Below, in pieces: positions 26,823 to 38,650 of a DNA stretch of 64,000 nt; the stretch's first letter is position 1, and every line of letters begins with the position of its first letter. The notes under the pieces were generated by a model. It saw only the letters and a list, made by a program, of their open reading frames with translations. It was not told where the DNA came from and ran no database searches. The position numbers and the translations under genes were made by a program. The DNA lies in contig NC_043017.1 in NCBI RefSeq assembly GCF_006345805.1, positions 32,488,001 through 32,552,000 on the forward strand. The letters are read 5' to 3'. The DNA is from Octopus sinensis. Lineage: Eukaryota.

Positions 26823-27221
26823 CATCATCATCATCCACATCATCATCATCATCATCATCATCGTTTAACGTCCGTTTTCCATGCTGGCATGGGTTGTACG
26901 GTTCAACTGGGTTCTGGGAAGCCAGAAGGCTGCGCCAGGCCCAGTCTGATCTGGCAGTTTTTCTACAGCTGGATGCCCTTCCTAATGCCAACCACTCCAT
27001 GAGTGTAGTGGGTGATTTTTACATGCCACCTGCCTAGGTGCCAGGCGAGGCTGGCAATGGCCACGATCGGATGGTGCTTTTTACGTGCCACCGGCACGAG
27101 GCCAGTCGGGGCAGCGCTGGCAACGGCCACGTTGGGATGGTTCTCTTACGTGCCACCGGCACTGGTATCACAGCTACAATTTCCATTGATGTTGATCGAT
27201 TTTGATTTTGATTTTGATTTT
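26823..27221 (-). mobile_element. 5'-truncated RTE 3' UTR insertion with 14-bp TSD
   Basis: TSD GAATTGATAACCAT at 26809-26822 and 27222-27235. Confidence 0.85.
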
Positions 27222-28156
27222 GAATTGATAACCATGTGGTCAGAAAACAACGTCCTTAACACACACACACAACAACAAGCTTCTTTTCATTTTCCATCTA
27301 CCATATCCTCTCACAAGGTCCTCATCCATCTAGGGCTATGGAGGGAGGCACTTGCCCAGGTGTAATGCAGTGGAACTGAACCTAAAACCATGTAGTTAGA
27401 AAGTGAACATTTTTACCACATGCACAAGCAGGTCTGTAGGAAAACCATCCTGTATACACTGTTCCTTGGAATTCAGATTGGATAGTCATGAAAAGAACAC
27501 TCTGAAAAATAAATCTGATCGATGAGAACTGATCCAGACCAGCCAGTGTCAATTGCTGTTCAATCTTCCTCAGGTGCATTTGGGACTTTTAAGGTAAAAG
27601 CAGGGTTTTGTTATTCTATGGCATGAAGAATATTTAGTCATTGCAAGCAAGAGGTGAATTTTGTATGAACCAGACTTCACAGCAAAGCAGTCTCAAGGAA
27701 ATTCTATGATTAACCATTTCTTATGCTGTACAGAAAGTTCATTTCCTAAAAGACTTAAAGATTGTAAGAAGACTAAGATATAAAAGACTGAAAGAAAATG
27801 TCATTGATGCAGAAATTCCAATATTGCTTCAATAAATGTGAGAGAGTCCATAGAATTAGTTGAAGTAGTCATCTAAATCAACTTCATTATTCACTATGTA
27901 CCTCAAGCAATTTCCTTTAAAGAATTCATTGCCAACACTTGGTCAATTGGCTTTGCACTTAAACAGCACAAAATTATTAAAATGGAAAGTTCAAGCTAAG
28001 AGCCAGTGGCCATGTGGTAAGAAGTTTGCTTCCCAACCACATGGTTCCGGGTTCAGTCCCACTGCGTGGCACCTTGGGCAAGTGTCTTCTACTGTGGCCT
28101 TGGGCCAATCAAAGCCTTGAGTGGGTTTGGTAGAAGGAAACTGAAAGAAACCCCGT

Positions 28157-28195
<39 letters not shown>

Positions 28196-28325
28196 ATGTA
28201 TATCAACGAAATTGAAAATGCACAGGAATTTGTCTTTTGTTAAAAAATTTTTAAAATCTAACAGGTTTCACAGATTTCTCTGATTCCAAACAACTGAGAT
28301 AGAATAGAGTTATGCTATGCTGCAA

Positions 28326-28357
<32 letters not shown>

Positions 28358-28359
<2 letters not shown>

Positions 28360-28570
28360 AGCGAAAACACCTATAGCTCCATGAGGCACTGGCAGGGGAT
28401 GGTGGTGATCCCTGCTGTACACTTTCGCCGCAACTTTCTCTCATTCTTTCTTCTGTTGGCCTGCTCGCTTAGCCAGCAGGGTGGCGTCATTTGAAGGCTA
28501 AAACAATGTGAAGCGCATTGTGACCAGCGATGTGTAGCAACATCTGATAGCCTGGTCGGTCACGGTGATA
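28358..28570 (+). mobile_element. SINE family C variant (shared body, alternative tail)
   Basis: Body matches 47240-47335; the 3' ~120 bp differ. Confidence 0.65.
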
Positions 28571-28596
28571 TATATATATACACACACACTAATAAT

Positions 28597-28635
<39 letters not shown>

Positions 28636-28946
28636 ATCTTAAATGTATTGTATTTTATACTGTATATATGTATGTTATTACAGTTGTCATTTTGATAATT
28701 AAATAAGGCAACATTCTAATATCCTAAATCTGATAAACCAACTAAATTGTTTCTCCTTTTTCTTATTTGTAATATAAATTAATGGTAAAATATTTCTTTA
28801 CCTTCACCTATTTAATACAATAAGTAAGTTTATTTCATTGCAATTAAAATCACTTGCGTATTAATAATTTGGGTACTATACCAACTGTATATTGGATAAG
28901 TATTGTCCCTTAGTGGGTTGGATCCACAACCACTAACTTACTTGGT

Positions 28947-28980
<34 letters not shown>

Positions 28981-28982
<2 letters not shown>

Positions 28983-29378
28983 CACAGGAGTGGCTGTGTG
29001 GTAAGTAGCTTGTTTACCAACCATATGGTTCCGGGTTCAGTCCCACTGCGTGACACCTTGGGGAAGTGTCTTCTACTATAGCCTCGGGCCGACCAAAGCC
29101 TTGTGAGTGAATTTGGTAGGCGGAAACTGAAAGAAGCCTGTCCTATATATGTATATATGTATGTGTGTGTGTTTGTGTGTCTGTGTTTGTCCCCCTAGCA
29201 TTGCTTGACAACCGATGCTGGTGTGTTTATGTCCCTGTCACTTAGCGCTTCGGCAAAAAGAGACCGATAGAATAAGTACTGGGCTTACAAAGAATAAGTC
29301 CAGGGGTCAAGTTGCTCGCTTAAAGGCGGTGCTCCAGCATGGCCGCAGTCAAATGACTGAAGCAAGTAAAAGAGAGAA
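28981..29378 (+). mobile_element. SINE family A
   Basis: Family motifs. Confidence 0.85.
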
Positions 29379-29456
29379 AAGATATATATATATACATATA
29401 TTGGTGAATTGAAGAAATGGAGCTGAACGCAGATTGAACAGAAATCGTTTTATTCA

Positions 29457-29534
29457 TTCTACACGTGTTCGAAAGGCACAAATTACAAAATCCGATTGAA
29501 TAATGGGACCATATTGTGTCTTTCTCTTCAGGAA
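29457..29534 (-). ncRNA. Hammerhead-like motif with one A missing from GAAA
   Basis: UUC CUGAAGA GAAAG...CUUUC GAA(-)CACGUGU A|GAA; stem III palindrome ACACGUGU. Confidence 0.55.
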
Positions 29535-30221
29535 GAAAAAAGGAAATCCGTTGGAAAAACAAAAACAGAACAGAGGCGGAGCAAAAGCAAATCGAACTGT
29601 GCTCCTAAGAGCCCATGGCGAAACTGTTTATCAGTGTATGTTGAGAACCGGTGGCTGAAGAATTCAACAGGTCAGGCATCGGTCAAACATGTGGTCAAAC
29701 ATGCATACATACATATATATATGTATGTATGCATGTATATGTATATTTAGTTTTGTTTATATCCTTGTAACTTAGCAGTTCAGCAAGCATAACTGATAGA
29801 ATAAGTGCCAGGCTGAAAAAATGTTCTGAGGTTGATTCATTTGACTTAAAACCCTTCAATGTGGTGCTCCAGCATGGTCGCAATCTAATGACTGAAACAA
29901 GTAAAAGCAAAGATAAAAGAAGGATATATGAATATGTAAGATTAATTATCGTTAGACGCAGATCGTTAATGGAACAGAGAAACAATAATAATTAATAATG
30001 TAAGAACATTTTATCAGCAATTTTGACTTCCTCCAAAATATTTTCTATTGGGAATTTTCTAATTAATTTCTCAATTTCTAAATTACATATAATTCATTAT
30101 GTATCCAATTGTATGTGTGGCGTATGATGTGCGTGGATATTAATTCGGAAAAATAACGGAAAAGCACACATGCTACAATAATATTTACATTAGTGATGCC
30201 ATTCTCCAAGATGATAATGTG

Positions 30222-30354
30222 TCAGGTAAACATGGCAGCTTTTCTTTGTATTTGGCTTGGTTTGAGTGCTTCAGTGTGGTAATCTTCAGGTCGGTTGAAA
30301 TTTGACTCTTCTGGGGATAAGATAATTACATATTTACCAATGTCCTCTGGATAT
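30222..30354 (-). CDS. Candidate terminal exon (YPEDIGKYVIILSPEESNFNRPEDYHTEALKPSQIQRKAAMFT*)
   Basis: Acceptor GTCATGTTTATACAG; 43 open codons to TGA; unique sequence; no homologue recognised. Confidence 0.28.
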
Positions 30355-32007
30355 CTGTATAAACATGACAAGCAGCAAGTAGAATAAGAGATTTATGGGT
30401 GAAGCAAGTATGTCAACAATCAGCTTCCTGGACGGTATTTCAGTTTAATTTTGAAATGGCATAAGCCCTTAGGGAAAACAGCCAGCTAGTTCCCTTGGTC
30501 AAATATATAAATCCAATATTCAACAGAACCCCGTTTAACAGATAATCCAAGAAATCAGCAATCATTTCAAAACCTCATCATAAGTTTGACCAGTTTATTG
30601 AATGGAATTAATGTAAGTTGAAAAGTTACAATGCCATGCCAATATCACCAACATTAGCAAAGAATTTGAGCTAATGAGAGATCCTTTAAGTTGGTGGTTC
30701 TCAATTTGGGTGAATAAGACCGAGGAGGGAGGATTCATATAATATTTTGGTGGGTCTACATAAGCAAAATAGAAAATTGAGAATGCACAGACCAGGGCAA
30801 GTGCCACCCTCCATAGCCCTAGACTGATGGGAACTTTGTGAGAGGATATGGTAGATGGAAACTGAAAAGAAGCTTGTTGTGTGTGTGTGTGTGTATGTGT
30901 GTGTGTTAAGGACCTTGTTTTCCGACCACATGGTTATCAATTCAGTCCCATTGCATGGCACCTAAGGCAAGTGTCCTCTACTCTAGCCCTGAGCCAACCA
31001 AAGGATTCATAAAAAAGTTTTAATTTAGATTCATTTATTGTAAGAAACAGCTCTCTTCCTCTAACATTATACATAGCTCAACCTATGCAAATGAACAAAT
31101 TAGGATTTCCAAAAGAAGCTTCTATGAAACTAGTTTTTAAACCTTGAATAGAATGTTAATCAAAAGGATCCATTAATGAAAAATGGTTGAGAACCCCTGC
31201 TCTAAGCAGTGGATCAAGCTACTAGTAATAGTAGCCAAATCTCTTTAAAACTACACCTAGTGTCTTAGGAAGAGAAGGCTATGTACTAACCCAGTCCTTC
31301 TACACTATAATGTATTCCTTCTGGAATTCCCTAGCTGCCCAGAAAACCCACAAAGGCCAATGTAATTTCCTCTGTATCAAACAGATAAGGTTTTCTGAAT
31401 GATACGTAAGAAAATGTGAACTTGCATGCCTGCATATCCACATCTCACGTTTGACAGTATGTAATTAAAAGGGACACACACGTTTAAACAGGTATTGTTT
31501 CATACCTTGTTACCCTGTTTCTCATTCAATTTTGATAAGGGGGTCCACCCTAAATGTCAGCCTACCTCTTTTCCTTTTCTTTTATTTCAATTTGCAATTC
31601 ATTAATTGCAGGTTAATTTCAGGTAAATTTTGTTTTGTGTCTTTACATCGATTTGTTGGAACCCCTCGAGTTTTCCTATTGTGCATTTTCATTCCCCTCA
31701 TTCCATTTGCACTATTTTACCTGTCTACATATGAACCCACACACCACCTGGAAAAGAGTCGGGACATTTTATGGTCGGAATGAGTCTGAACATGACCTCT
31801 TCAATTTATCCAACAATAATAACACCATTGAAGATCTGAAAAATAAATATAGCTGAATATTAATGAGGCAAAAGGATCTTATAGGTGCAAACATGGCTGC
31901 GGGGTAAGAAGCTAGCTTCCCGACCTCATGGTTCTAGGTTCAGTCCCAGTGCATAGCACCTTGGGCCAGTGTCTTCTACTATGACCTCAGGCCGACCAAA
32001 GCCTTGT

Positions 32008-32210
32008 GAGTTTGACAGTGCTGCCCTCTTTTGAGTTCCTTGCCTTGATATAGGTTTATCTGGGACTTTGGATAGCAGGAGGTCAAGATATTTCTTGAAA
32101 ACATCTACCCCTACTCCATGAAGATTCCCCAGATGTTTTGGCATGGTGTTAAATAGCTGTAGGCCCTTGAAACCCAAGTTATTGCAGTACATGGTCCTCA
32201 CTCAAGACAT
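32008..32210 (-). mobile_element. CR1/L2-type LINE RT C-terminal fragment abutting a SINE A 5' half (31885-32010)
   Basis: NNLGFKGLQLFNTMPKHL...VDVFKKYLDLLLSKVPDKP...LSNS. Confidence 0.75.
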
Positions 32211-32747
32211 GATATATATATATTTATGTTTATGAATTTGTGTTCCAAGATTCCTGATGTGAAACCGAGTGTTGAAACAGATATTGATGTATTTTGGGAT
32301 GGTCATTTTTTTTTCTTTTGCCAAATAAACACACGCACTATATATTCATTCTTCACTTGTTTATTACTGTACCTATCTTAACTCATGTCCATTGTCTAGA
32401 AATCTTTCATCACACATCTCTGACCTCTTCCGTAACACTTTCTATCCTCGTGTGTGCTCCTGCTCTACGTAGTCCAAGGACTAAGCGGAGCAGTTAAAAT
32501 AAGAACACTAATAAACAAGTGAAGGACAAATATATAGCATGTGGTTTTATTTGGAAAAAAACAAAAAGCAAAAAAAGAAAGACTATTCCGAAATACAGCA
32601 ATATAAATAAATAACTAAATATATATATATATATATATACATACATACATAATAGTAATAATATTAGAGAGTATAACTCCAAACTTACAGGGAAAAATTC
32701 AATTTAGCATTAAATCAAATTTCATAATATAAATATATAAAATATGA

Positions 32748-33038
32748 ATTAAAGATAAAACCACTATTATGCAACTCAAACAGTGATAAACATAAACCAA
32801 TACGTAAATAACAAATAATATATATATATTTCTTTTTTTTAATAAATATATGACTGATAACTAGATCTCAAAAAGTATAAAATAAATGATAAATATATAA
32901 TATAATTGAGATCTAGTTATAAGTTATATATTTATAAAAAAAGAATATATATATATATATATATATATAATTTGTTATTTATGTATTGGTTTATGTATAT
33001 CACTGTTTGAGTTGCATAAGAGTGGTTTTATCTCTAAT
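32748..33038. repeat. Fold-back: ~125-130-bp inverted arms, 34-bp spacer
   Basis: AGATAAAACCACTATTATGCAACTCAAACAGTGATA...CTAGATCTCAA versus TTGAGATCTAG...TATCACTGTTTGAGTTGCATAAGAGTGGTTTTATCT. Confidence 0.85.
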
Positions 33039-33135
33039 TTATATTTTATATATATATTCAAAATGTGACCGTGTGTGTACCGTTGGCGATTTTTTTTCCT
33101 CAGTCTTCCCTTCTCTGGATCTTTCCTTCTCCTAT

Positions 33136-33170
33136 GTTTCCGATGATGTGCTCCGCTCGAAACGTTAAAC
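33136..33170 (+). ncRNA. Hammerhead-like motif, U4C core variant
   Basis: GUUU CCGAUGA U GUGC-UCC-GCUC GAAAC GUU|AAAC; stem I GUUU/AAAC; one mismatch in stem II. Confidence 0.5.
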
Positions 33171-33292
33171 CCTCCTTCTTTCCTTCTTTCCTGAGCATCC
33201 AATAATACTATATTTGTTCCACGTCCTCGCGTTGTTGTGTTTTCTCTTTGTGTTTTCATGTTTGGATTAACTTTATATATATATACATACAT

Positions 33293-33332
<40 letters not shown>

Positions 33333-33477
33333 CACAGATGAGATCCAGAGATTCTCAGTATAGAAGACATTTAGTTGTGCTCAAAAGATTCAAACTTGGA
33401 CTCAGAATTCTTTACAAGGGATCGATTCCACTGGGTAAAAAGTGGCTAAAAGAAGGATCGAGTTGAGTCGATTCAGA

Positions 33478-33954
33478 GGCAATTATGCAGATAAACAAAT
33501 TAGTTATCGCAAATATATAATAGTCTGGGCATGAAGAACAAAATATTTCTATATATATAGATGCAAAATGAGAGAAAACAAAAGACGCAAACATTCAGAC
33601 GATGAATATTTAAGTACAAATATATAGATACTTATATTTAATAGATCCTGGGTACACAGGGTACAAACGACTAAGAAAACTCTTTTCTTCTACCCTTTTA
33701 CTTTTCTCTGTCATTTGCACTCTCTGAAAGTTGGATCTATTAATATAAATATCTATATATTTGTACTTAAATATAAAATCTCTATACATTTGTACTGAAA
33801 TATCCGGCGTCTGAAAGTCTACATCGTCTGCTTTCTCTTGTTTTGCATGTATACATATATAAACATATATAAAAATATATAAACATATATTTTGTGTTTC
33901 ATGCCCAAACTATTATATTATTTTTAATACATCTTGTTTGTTTATCTGCATAAT

Positions 33955-33958
<4 letters not shown>
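33478..33958. repeat. Fold-back: ~170/225-bp inverted arms, 84-bp spacer
   Basis: GGCAATTATGCAGATAAACAAA...AATAGATCC versus GGATCTATT...TTTGTTTATCTGCATAATTGCC. Confidence 0.8.
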
Positions 33959-33996
<38 letters not shown>

Positions 33997-34179
33997 TCTC
34001 TCTCTATATATATATGTGTGTGTGTGTGTGTATATATAAACATATATAAACATATATAATCATATATAAACACATATATATATAAAGAACTTGTTTATAA
34101 AATGTTTATAAATTTAACCTTTAAAAGTAATTTTTAATATACTGGCCATTGATAGAATTTTTTTTGAAAAATTTTATCT

Positions 34180-34239
<60 letters not shown>

Positions 34240-34325
34240 AAAGTTTATGAAAAAACAAAAGACGAAGACAGGTGGTGTACAAAACAAACAGATGTATTAG
34301 TATACCGCTCAGGAATAGAAAAAGT

Positions 34326-34361
34326 CTTTTACGTTTCGAGCCTACGCTCTTCTACAGAAAG
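34326..34361 (-). ncRNA. Hammerhead-like motif, A6U core variant
   Basis: CUUU CUGUAGA A GAGC-GUAG-GCUC GAAAC GUA|AAAG; perfect stems I and II. Confidence 0.58.
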
Positions 34362-34789
34362 GTATACAGAAAAAACAAGGAGAGAAAAAAAAGTGTGTGT
34401 AGTGTCTAACGATCTATATATGTTGCCTTCGGCCGCTTGTTCAACATGTGTCTCATCACCGAAAAGGTAATTATTTTTCCACGCTTGCTGATATTGTTTT
34501 TGTGTCTCTCTTTTTGTCTCAAAGCCGTAGGACGCCTGTGTCATCCATGTTTTTAACAGTTACTGTCTCCTAAAAAGATTTTTTCGTTTCATGTTCGTCT
34601 CTGTTGCGTTGCATTCTTTCCTTCTGTGGCTGGCTGATTCAGAGAGGATCTCAGAATTAAACAGCCGAAATCTGCGATGAGGGATCAGTTTCTGACTGAA
34701 GAACGAAGGCTTTGAATGACCCGTCTGTCTTTTATGTTCGTCCCTTCGTGTATTTCACGTTATTTATACATGTAAAGGTTTATTATATA

Positions 34790-35185
34790 CTAGCAGTATC
34801 GCCCAGCGTTGCTCGGGTTTGTAAGGGAAATAACTATAAAGCATTTTTAGATAGTTATAGCCAAAATATAGCAAACAAATGGGAAAAAAATGATGGTAAA
34901 TTGTTTTGAGAGTTAAAAAGGTGGAGTTGCGTCCCCTAGACAGTCTGTGGTTTGTGTTTCTGATTCTCGACCCCATGTCGAATTTATCGATTTTTTTCAG
35001 AACTGGGGGAACTTTTCAAAATTTTCGCTGCGTTAGTTTTGAATTATGACATTGGGCTACGTGTGTGTCAAGTTTCATCAGAATCAGTTGAAAGCCGTGG
35101 TCAGAGTGAGGGTACACCCAAACAGACACACAGAAACACACACAGACAAACTGCCGTTTATATATATATATATATATATATAAAT
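34790..35185 (-). mobile_element. Non-autonomous Helitron related to 11511-11908
   Basis: Shared CTAG terminus, hairpin and ~75 bp; 5' TC end not clear. Confidence 0.65.
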
Positions 35186-35577
35186 CTAATTGTCTTTTAG
35201 ACATACACTTTTTATATACATCAGTAATGACCTTCTCACAGGTAATTCTTTCTCTGTATATCGAACAAATATAATTCTATTTTCCCAAATCAATTACCCT
35301 TCTTCAAGGCCCCAATGAAACCATAGGATGTTATTCAGACACTCAACTGAGTCCACGGCATGAACTGTTTCTGACATATTTCAACTTCCAAAAGCAAATT
35401 CTGTGCAGTTACCGAGGAGAAGATATTCTCTCTTATGGCTAAAATATGCATCTGGGAATCTGATAGGGATAAGCACTGGACGGATATGGTGTATTTGCAC
35501 CTTTTACTATATGCGAACATTTTTCCACTATGGTAATTGTGATGAATTTACTTTTAGCCAGGAGTGGCTGTGTGGAG

Positions 35578-35994
35578 GCGCAGGAGTGGCTGTGTGGTAA
35601 GTAGCTTGTTTACCAACCACATGGTTCTGGGTTCAGTCCCACTGCGTGGCACCTTGGGCAAGTGTCTTCTACTATAGCCTCGGGCTGACCAAAGCTTTGT
35701 AAGTGGATTTGGTAGATGGAAACTGAAAGAAGCCCATCACACATATGTATATATATATATGTGTGTGTGTGTGTGTTTATGTGTTTGTGTTTGTCCCCTC
35801 CCCCAACATCGCTTGACAACCGATGCTGGTTTACATCCCCATAACTTAGCAGTTCAGCAAAAGAAACCGATAGAATAAGTACTAGGCTTACAAAGAATAA
35901 GTCCTGGGGTCGAATTACTCGACTTAGGGCGGTGCTCCAGCATGGCCGCAGTCAAATGACTGAAACAAGTAAAAGAGTAAAGAGAGTAAAGAGT
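35578..35994 (+). mobile_element. SINE family A
   Basis: Family motifs. Confidence 0.85.
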
Positions 35995-36143
35995 ACCACA
36001 AACATATTTTAACTGACCTAAAATTTGTTTATTCCTAATCACTGCTTGGCACTTAGGCTACTCCATATAATATTTGTAAACAAGTCCAAAGACTTTATAA
36101 GTTACGGAGACAGAGTGACTATGGAAGTCTCTTAGTACAGTAA

Positions 36144-36950
36144 TAACTATATAATATCATATTAATAATATATATACTCCAATTTAAAACATTTTTTTAT
36201 GTAAGCAATTTACTGAAAAATGATGAGCTAACCCAAGCTAGAATTGAACTCAGTCTACCTTAACTATATAATATCATATTAATAATATATATACTCCAAT
36301 TTAAAACATTTTTTTATGTAAGCAATTTACTGAAAAATGATGAGCTAACCCAAGCTAGAATTGAACTCAGTCTACCTTAACTATATAATATCATATTAAT
36401 AATATATATACTCCAATTTAAAACATTTTTTATGTAAGCAATTTACTGAAAAATGATGAGCTAACCCAAGCTAGAATTGAACTCAGTCTACCTTAACTAT
36501 ATAATATCATATTAATAATATATATACTCCAATTTAAAACATTTTTTTATGTAAGCAATTTACTGAAATATGAGCAACCCAAGCTAGAATTGAACTCAGT
36601 CTACCTTAACTATATAATATCATATTAATAATAATATACTCCAATTTAAAACATTTTTTTATGTAAGCAATTTACTGAAAAATGATGAGCTAACCAAGCT
36701 AGAATTGAACTCAGTCTACCTTAACTATATAATATCAATATAAATATATATACTCAATTTAAAACATTTTTATGTAAGCAATTTACTGAAAAATGATGAG
36801 CTAACCCAAGCTAGAATTGAACTCAGTCTACCTTAACTATATAATATCATATTAATAATATATATACTCCAATTTAAAACATTTTTTTATGTAAGCAATT
36901 TACTGAAAAATGATGAGCTAACCCAAGCTAGAATTGAACTCAGTCTACCT
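36144..36950. repeat. Tandem array, 7 x ~117 bp
   Basis: Unit starts at 36144, 36261, 36378, 36494, 36607, 36722 and 36834. Confidence 0.95.
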
Positions 36951-37247
36951 TTAACTCTGAAAAAGAGTATTCTTGTTGCCAAAAGAGATAATAACTTTCT
37001 GAACTCCCTCCACCCTATTCTTATTCTAGAAGCAATATTTTCAGAGCATCCTCTGTCATTGTTAATTTGGTTACCTAGTTAACAGAAACCATCCACAACC
37101 TCAAGAGAGCCTCCTGGGCATTTGAGAGAATCTAAGTCCCATGTGGTCTTAGTGTTTATTGTTCCTGCACACCTGCCACATACAAAGATGGCTTTAACTG
37201 TTAATCTACCTGTAATTCCACTGCATCTCATATGTGTCCATAGCTTA
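36951..37247 (-). mobile_element. RTE LINE fragment (Cys-rich segment to KGRL)
   Basis: KLWTHMRCSGITGRLTVKAIFVCGRC...; homologous to 5050-5320. Confidence 0.75.
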
Positions 37248-37383
37248 TATATATATATATATATATAGATTCAAATGATTATGGTACTTAAGTCAGATGC
37301 ACCAGAATTTTGTACAGTGTTATCCATATAAATAAATGGGGTGATTATAATCAAAGTAAGCAACAAGGATATCTTCGGTAATT

Positions 37384-37467
37384 TGGTATGATCGTTTCAT
37401 GCTACATCGTTTTATTAAACATTGTAAGTATTACGTCAAGTTTAAAATGTTGAGCAATCTTCAGCCA
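37384..37467 (-). ncRNA. Hammerhead-like motif with long stem II and one CpG-type change in stem III
   Basis: UGG CUGAAGA U UGCU...AGCA U GAAAC GAUC AUA|CCA; restoring G gives palindrome ACGAUCGU; module 37267-37640 lies between (TA)n tracts. Confidence 0.5.
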
Positions 37468-37659
37468 TCCATAGAGGTTTTCCATCAATACATATACTTA
37501 TCTATTATGGAAAGTGTTTCCTACTTTTGATGTCAATAAAATATTATTGTTCCTGAATGCTGCTTTTTATACCTACCATAGACTTCTCAAAACCTACAAC
37601 CTTCCTACACTTAGATTCTAGGATCTTCCATTTACATATTAAATATATATATATGTATA

Positions 37660-38650
37660 TACATGGGCCGTGACTGCTGAGGATATGCGTAAGCTCGCTA
37701 GAAATGAAGCCAGTATGCTCCGATGGATGTGTAATGCTGGTACTCACACTCGGCAGAGTGTAAGTACCTTGAGAGAAAAGCTGGACCTAAGAAGCATCAG
37801 TTGTGGTGTGCAAGAGAGACGTTTGCGCTGGTATGGTCATGTGGCGAGAATGGATGAAGATAGTTGTGTGAAAAAGGGCCACACCCTAGCGGTTGAGGGA
37901 ACCTGTGGAAGAGGCAGACCCAGGAAAACCTGGGACGAGGTGGTGAAGCACGACCTTCGAACTTTAGGTCTCACTACTGAGGAAATGACTAGAGACCGAG
38001 ACCTCTGGAAGTGTCTGTGCGCGAGAAGACCCGGCAGGACAAGTGAGTCCACAACCCGTGGCCTTCTACATGGGATGGAGCCAGCCTACGTATGCATACC
38101 TTCCCTTCTTGGGACAACAAAACTCTACTTGTGAAGACGTGTTGAGGCAAGTGAGGATCAGAATCGAAATCGATCAATGGAAATTGCGGATGTGCTACCA
38201 GTGCCGGTGGCATGTCGAAACTCTGCTTGTGAAGACCCATTGAGGCAAGTGAGGATCAGAATCGAAATCGATCAATGGAAATCGATGAATGGAAATTGCA
38301 GATGTTTTTACCAGTGCCGGTAGCATGTAAGAGAACTTTCTGTTTCGCGACCGTTGCCAGCACCGCCCCGTTTCGTGTCCATTGCCAGCCTCGCCTGGCC
38401 CTCGTGCCGGTGGCACAAAAAGCACACCGTTGTCGTGCCGTTTGCCAGCTCTGTCTGGCACCAGTGCGGGTGGCACGTAAAAAGAACCCACTACACTCAC
38501 GGAGTGGTTGGCGTTAGGAAGGGCATCCAGCCGTAGAAACACTGCCAGATTTGACTGGGCCTGATGAAGCCTTCTGGCTTCACAGACCCCAGTAGAACCG
38601 TCCAACCATGCTAGCATGGAAAACGGACGCTAATGATGATGATGATGATG
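37660..38650 (+). mobile_element. 5'-truncated RTE LINE: RT C-terminus, 3' UTR with internal repeats, (GAT)n tail
   Basis: WAVTAEDMRKLARNEASMLRWMCN...LRWYGHVARMD...GRGRPRKTWDEVVKHDL; contiguous with GGAAGGGCATCCAGCC...GGACGCTAATGATGAT. Confidence 0.9.

Noticed and set aside
34410-34720. Additional hammerhead motifs (GTGATGA...GAAC; CTGAAGA...GAAT)
   Set aside because: GAAA and stem I not recoverable.
35330-35535. Gypsy integrase remnant
   Set aside because: Only vague resemblance; no conserved D,D,E or HPQxNG motif readable.
36225-36260. Pol III B-box / SINE head in the 117-bp unit (GAGTTCAATTC, minus strand)
   Set aside because: The adjacent bases are explained by RTE coding sequence, and no A box is present.
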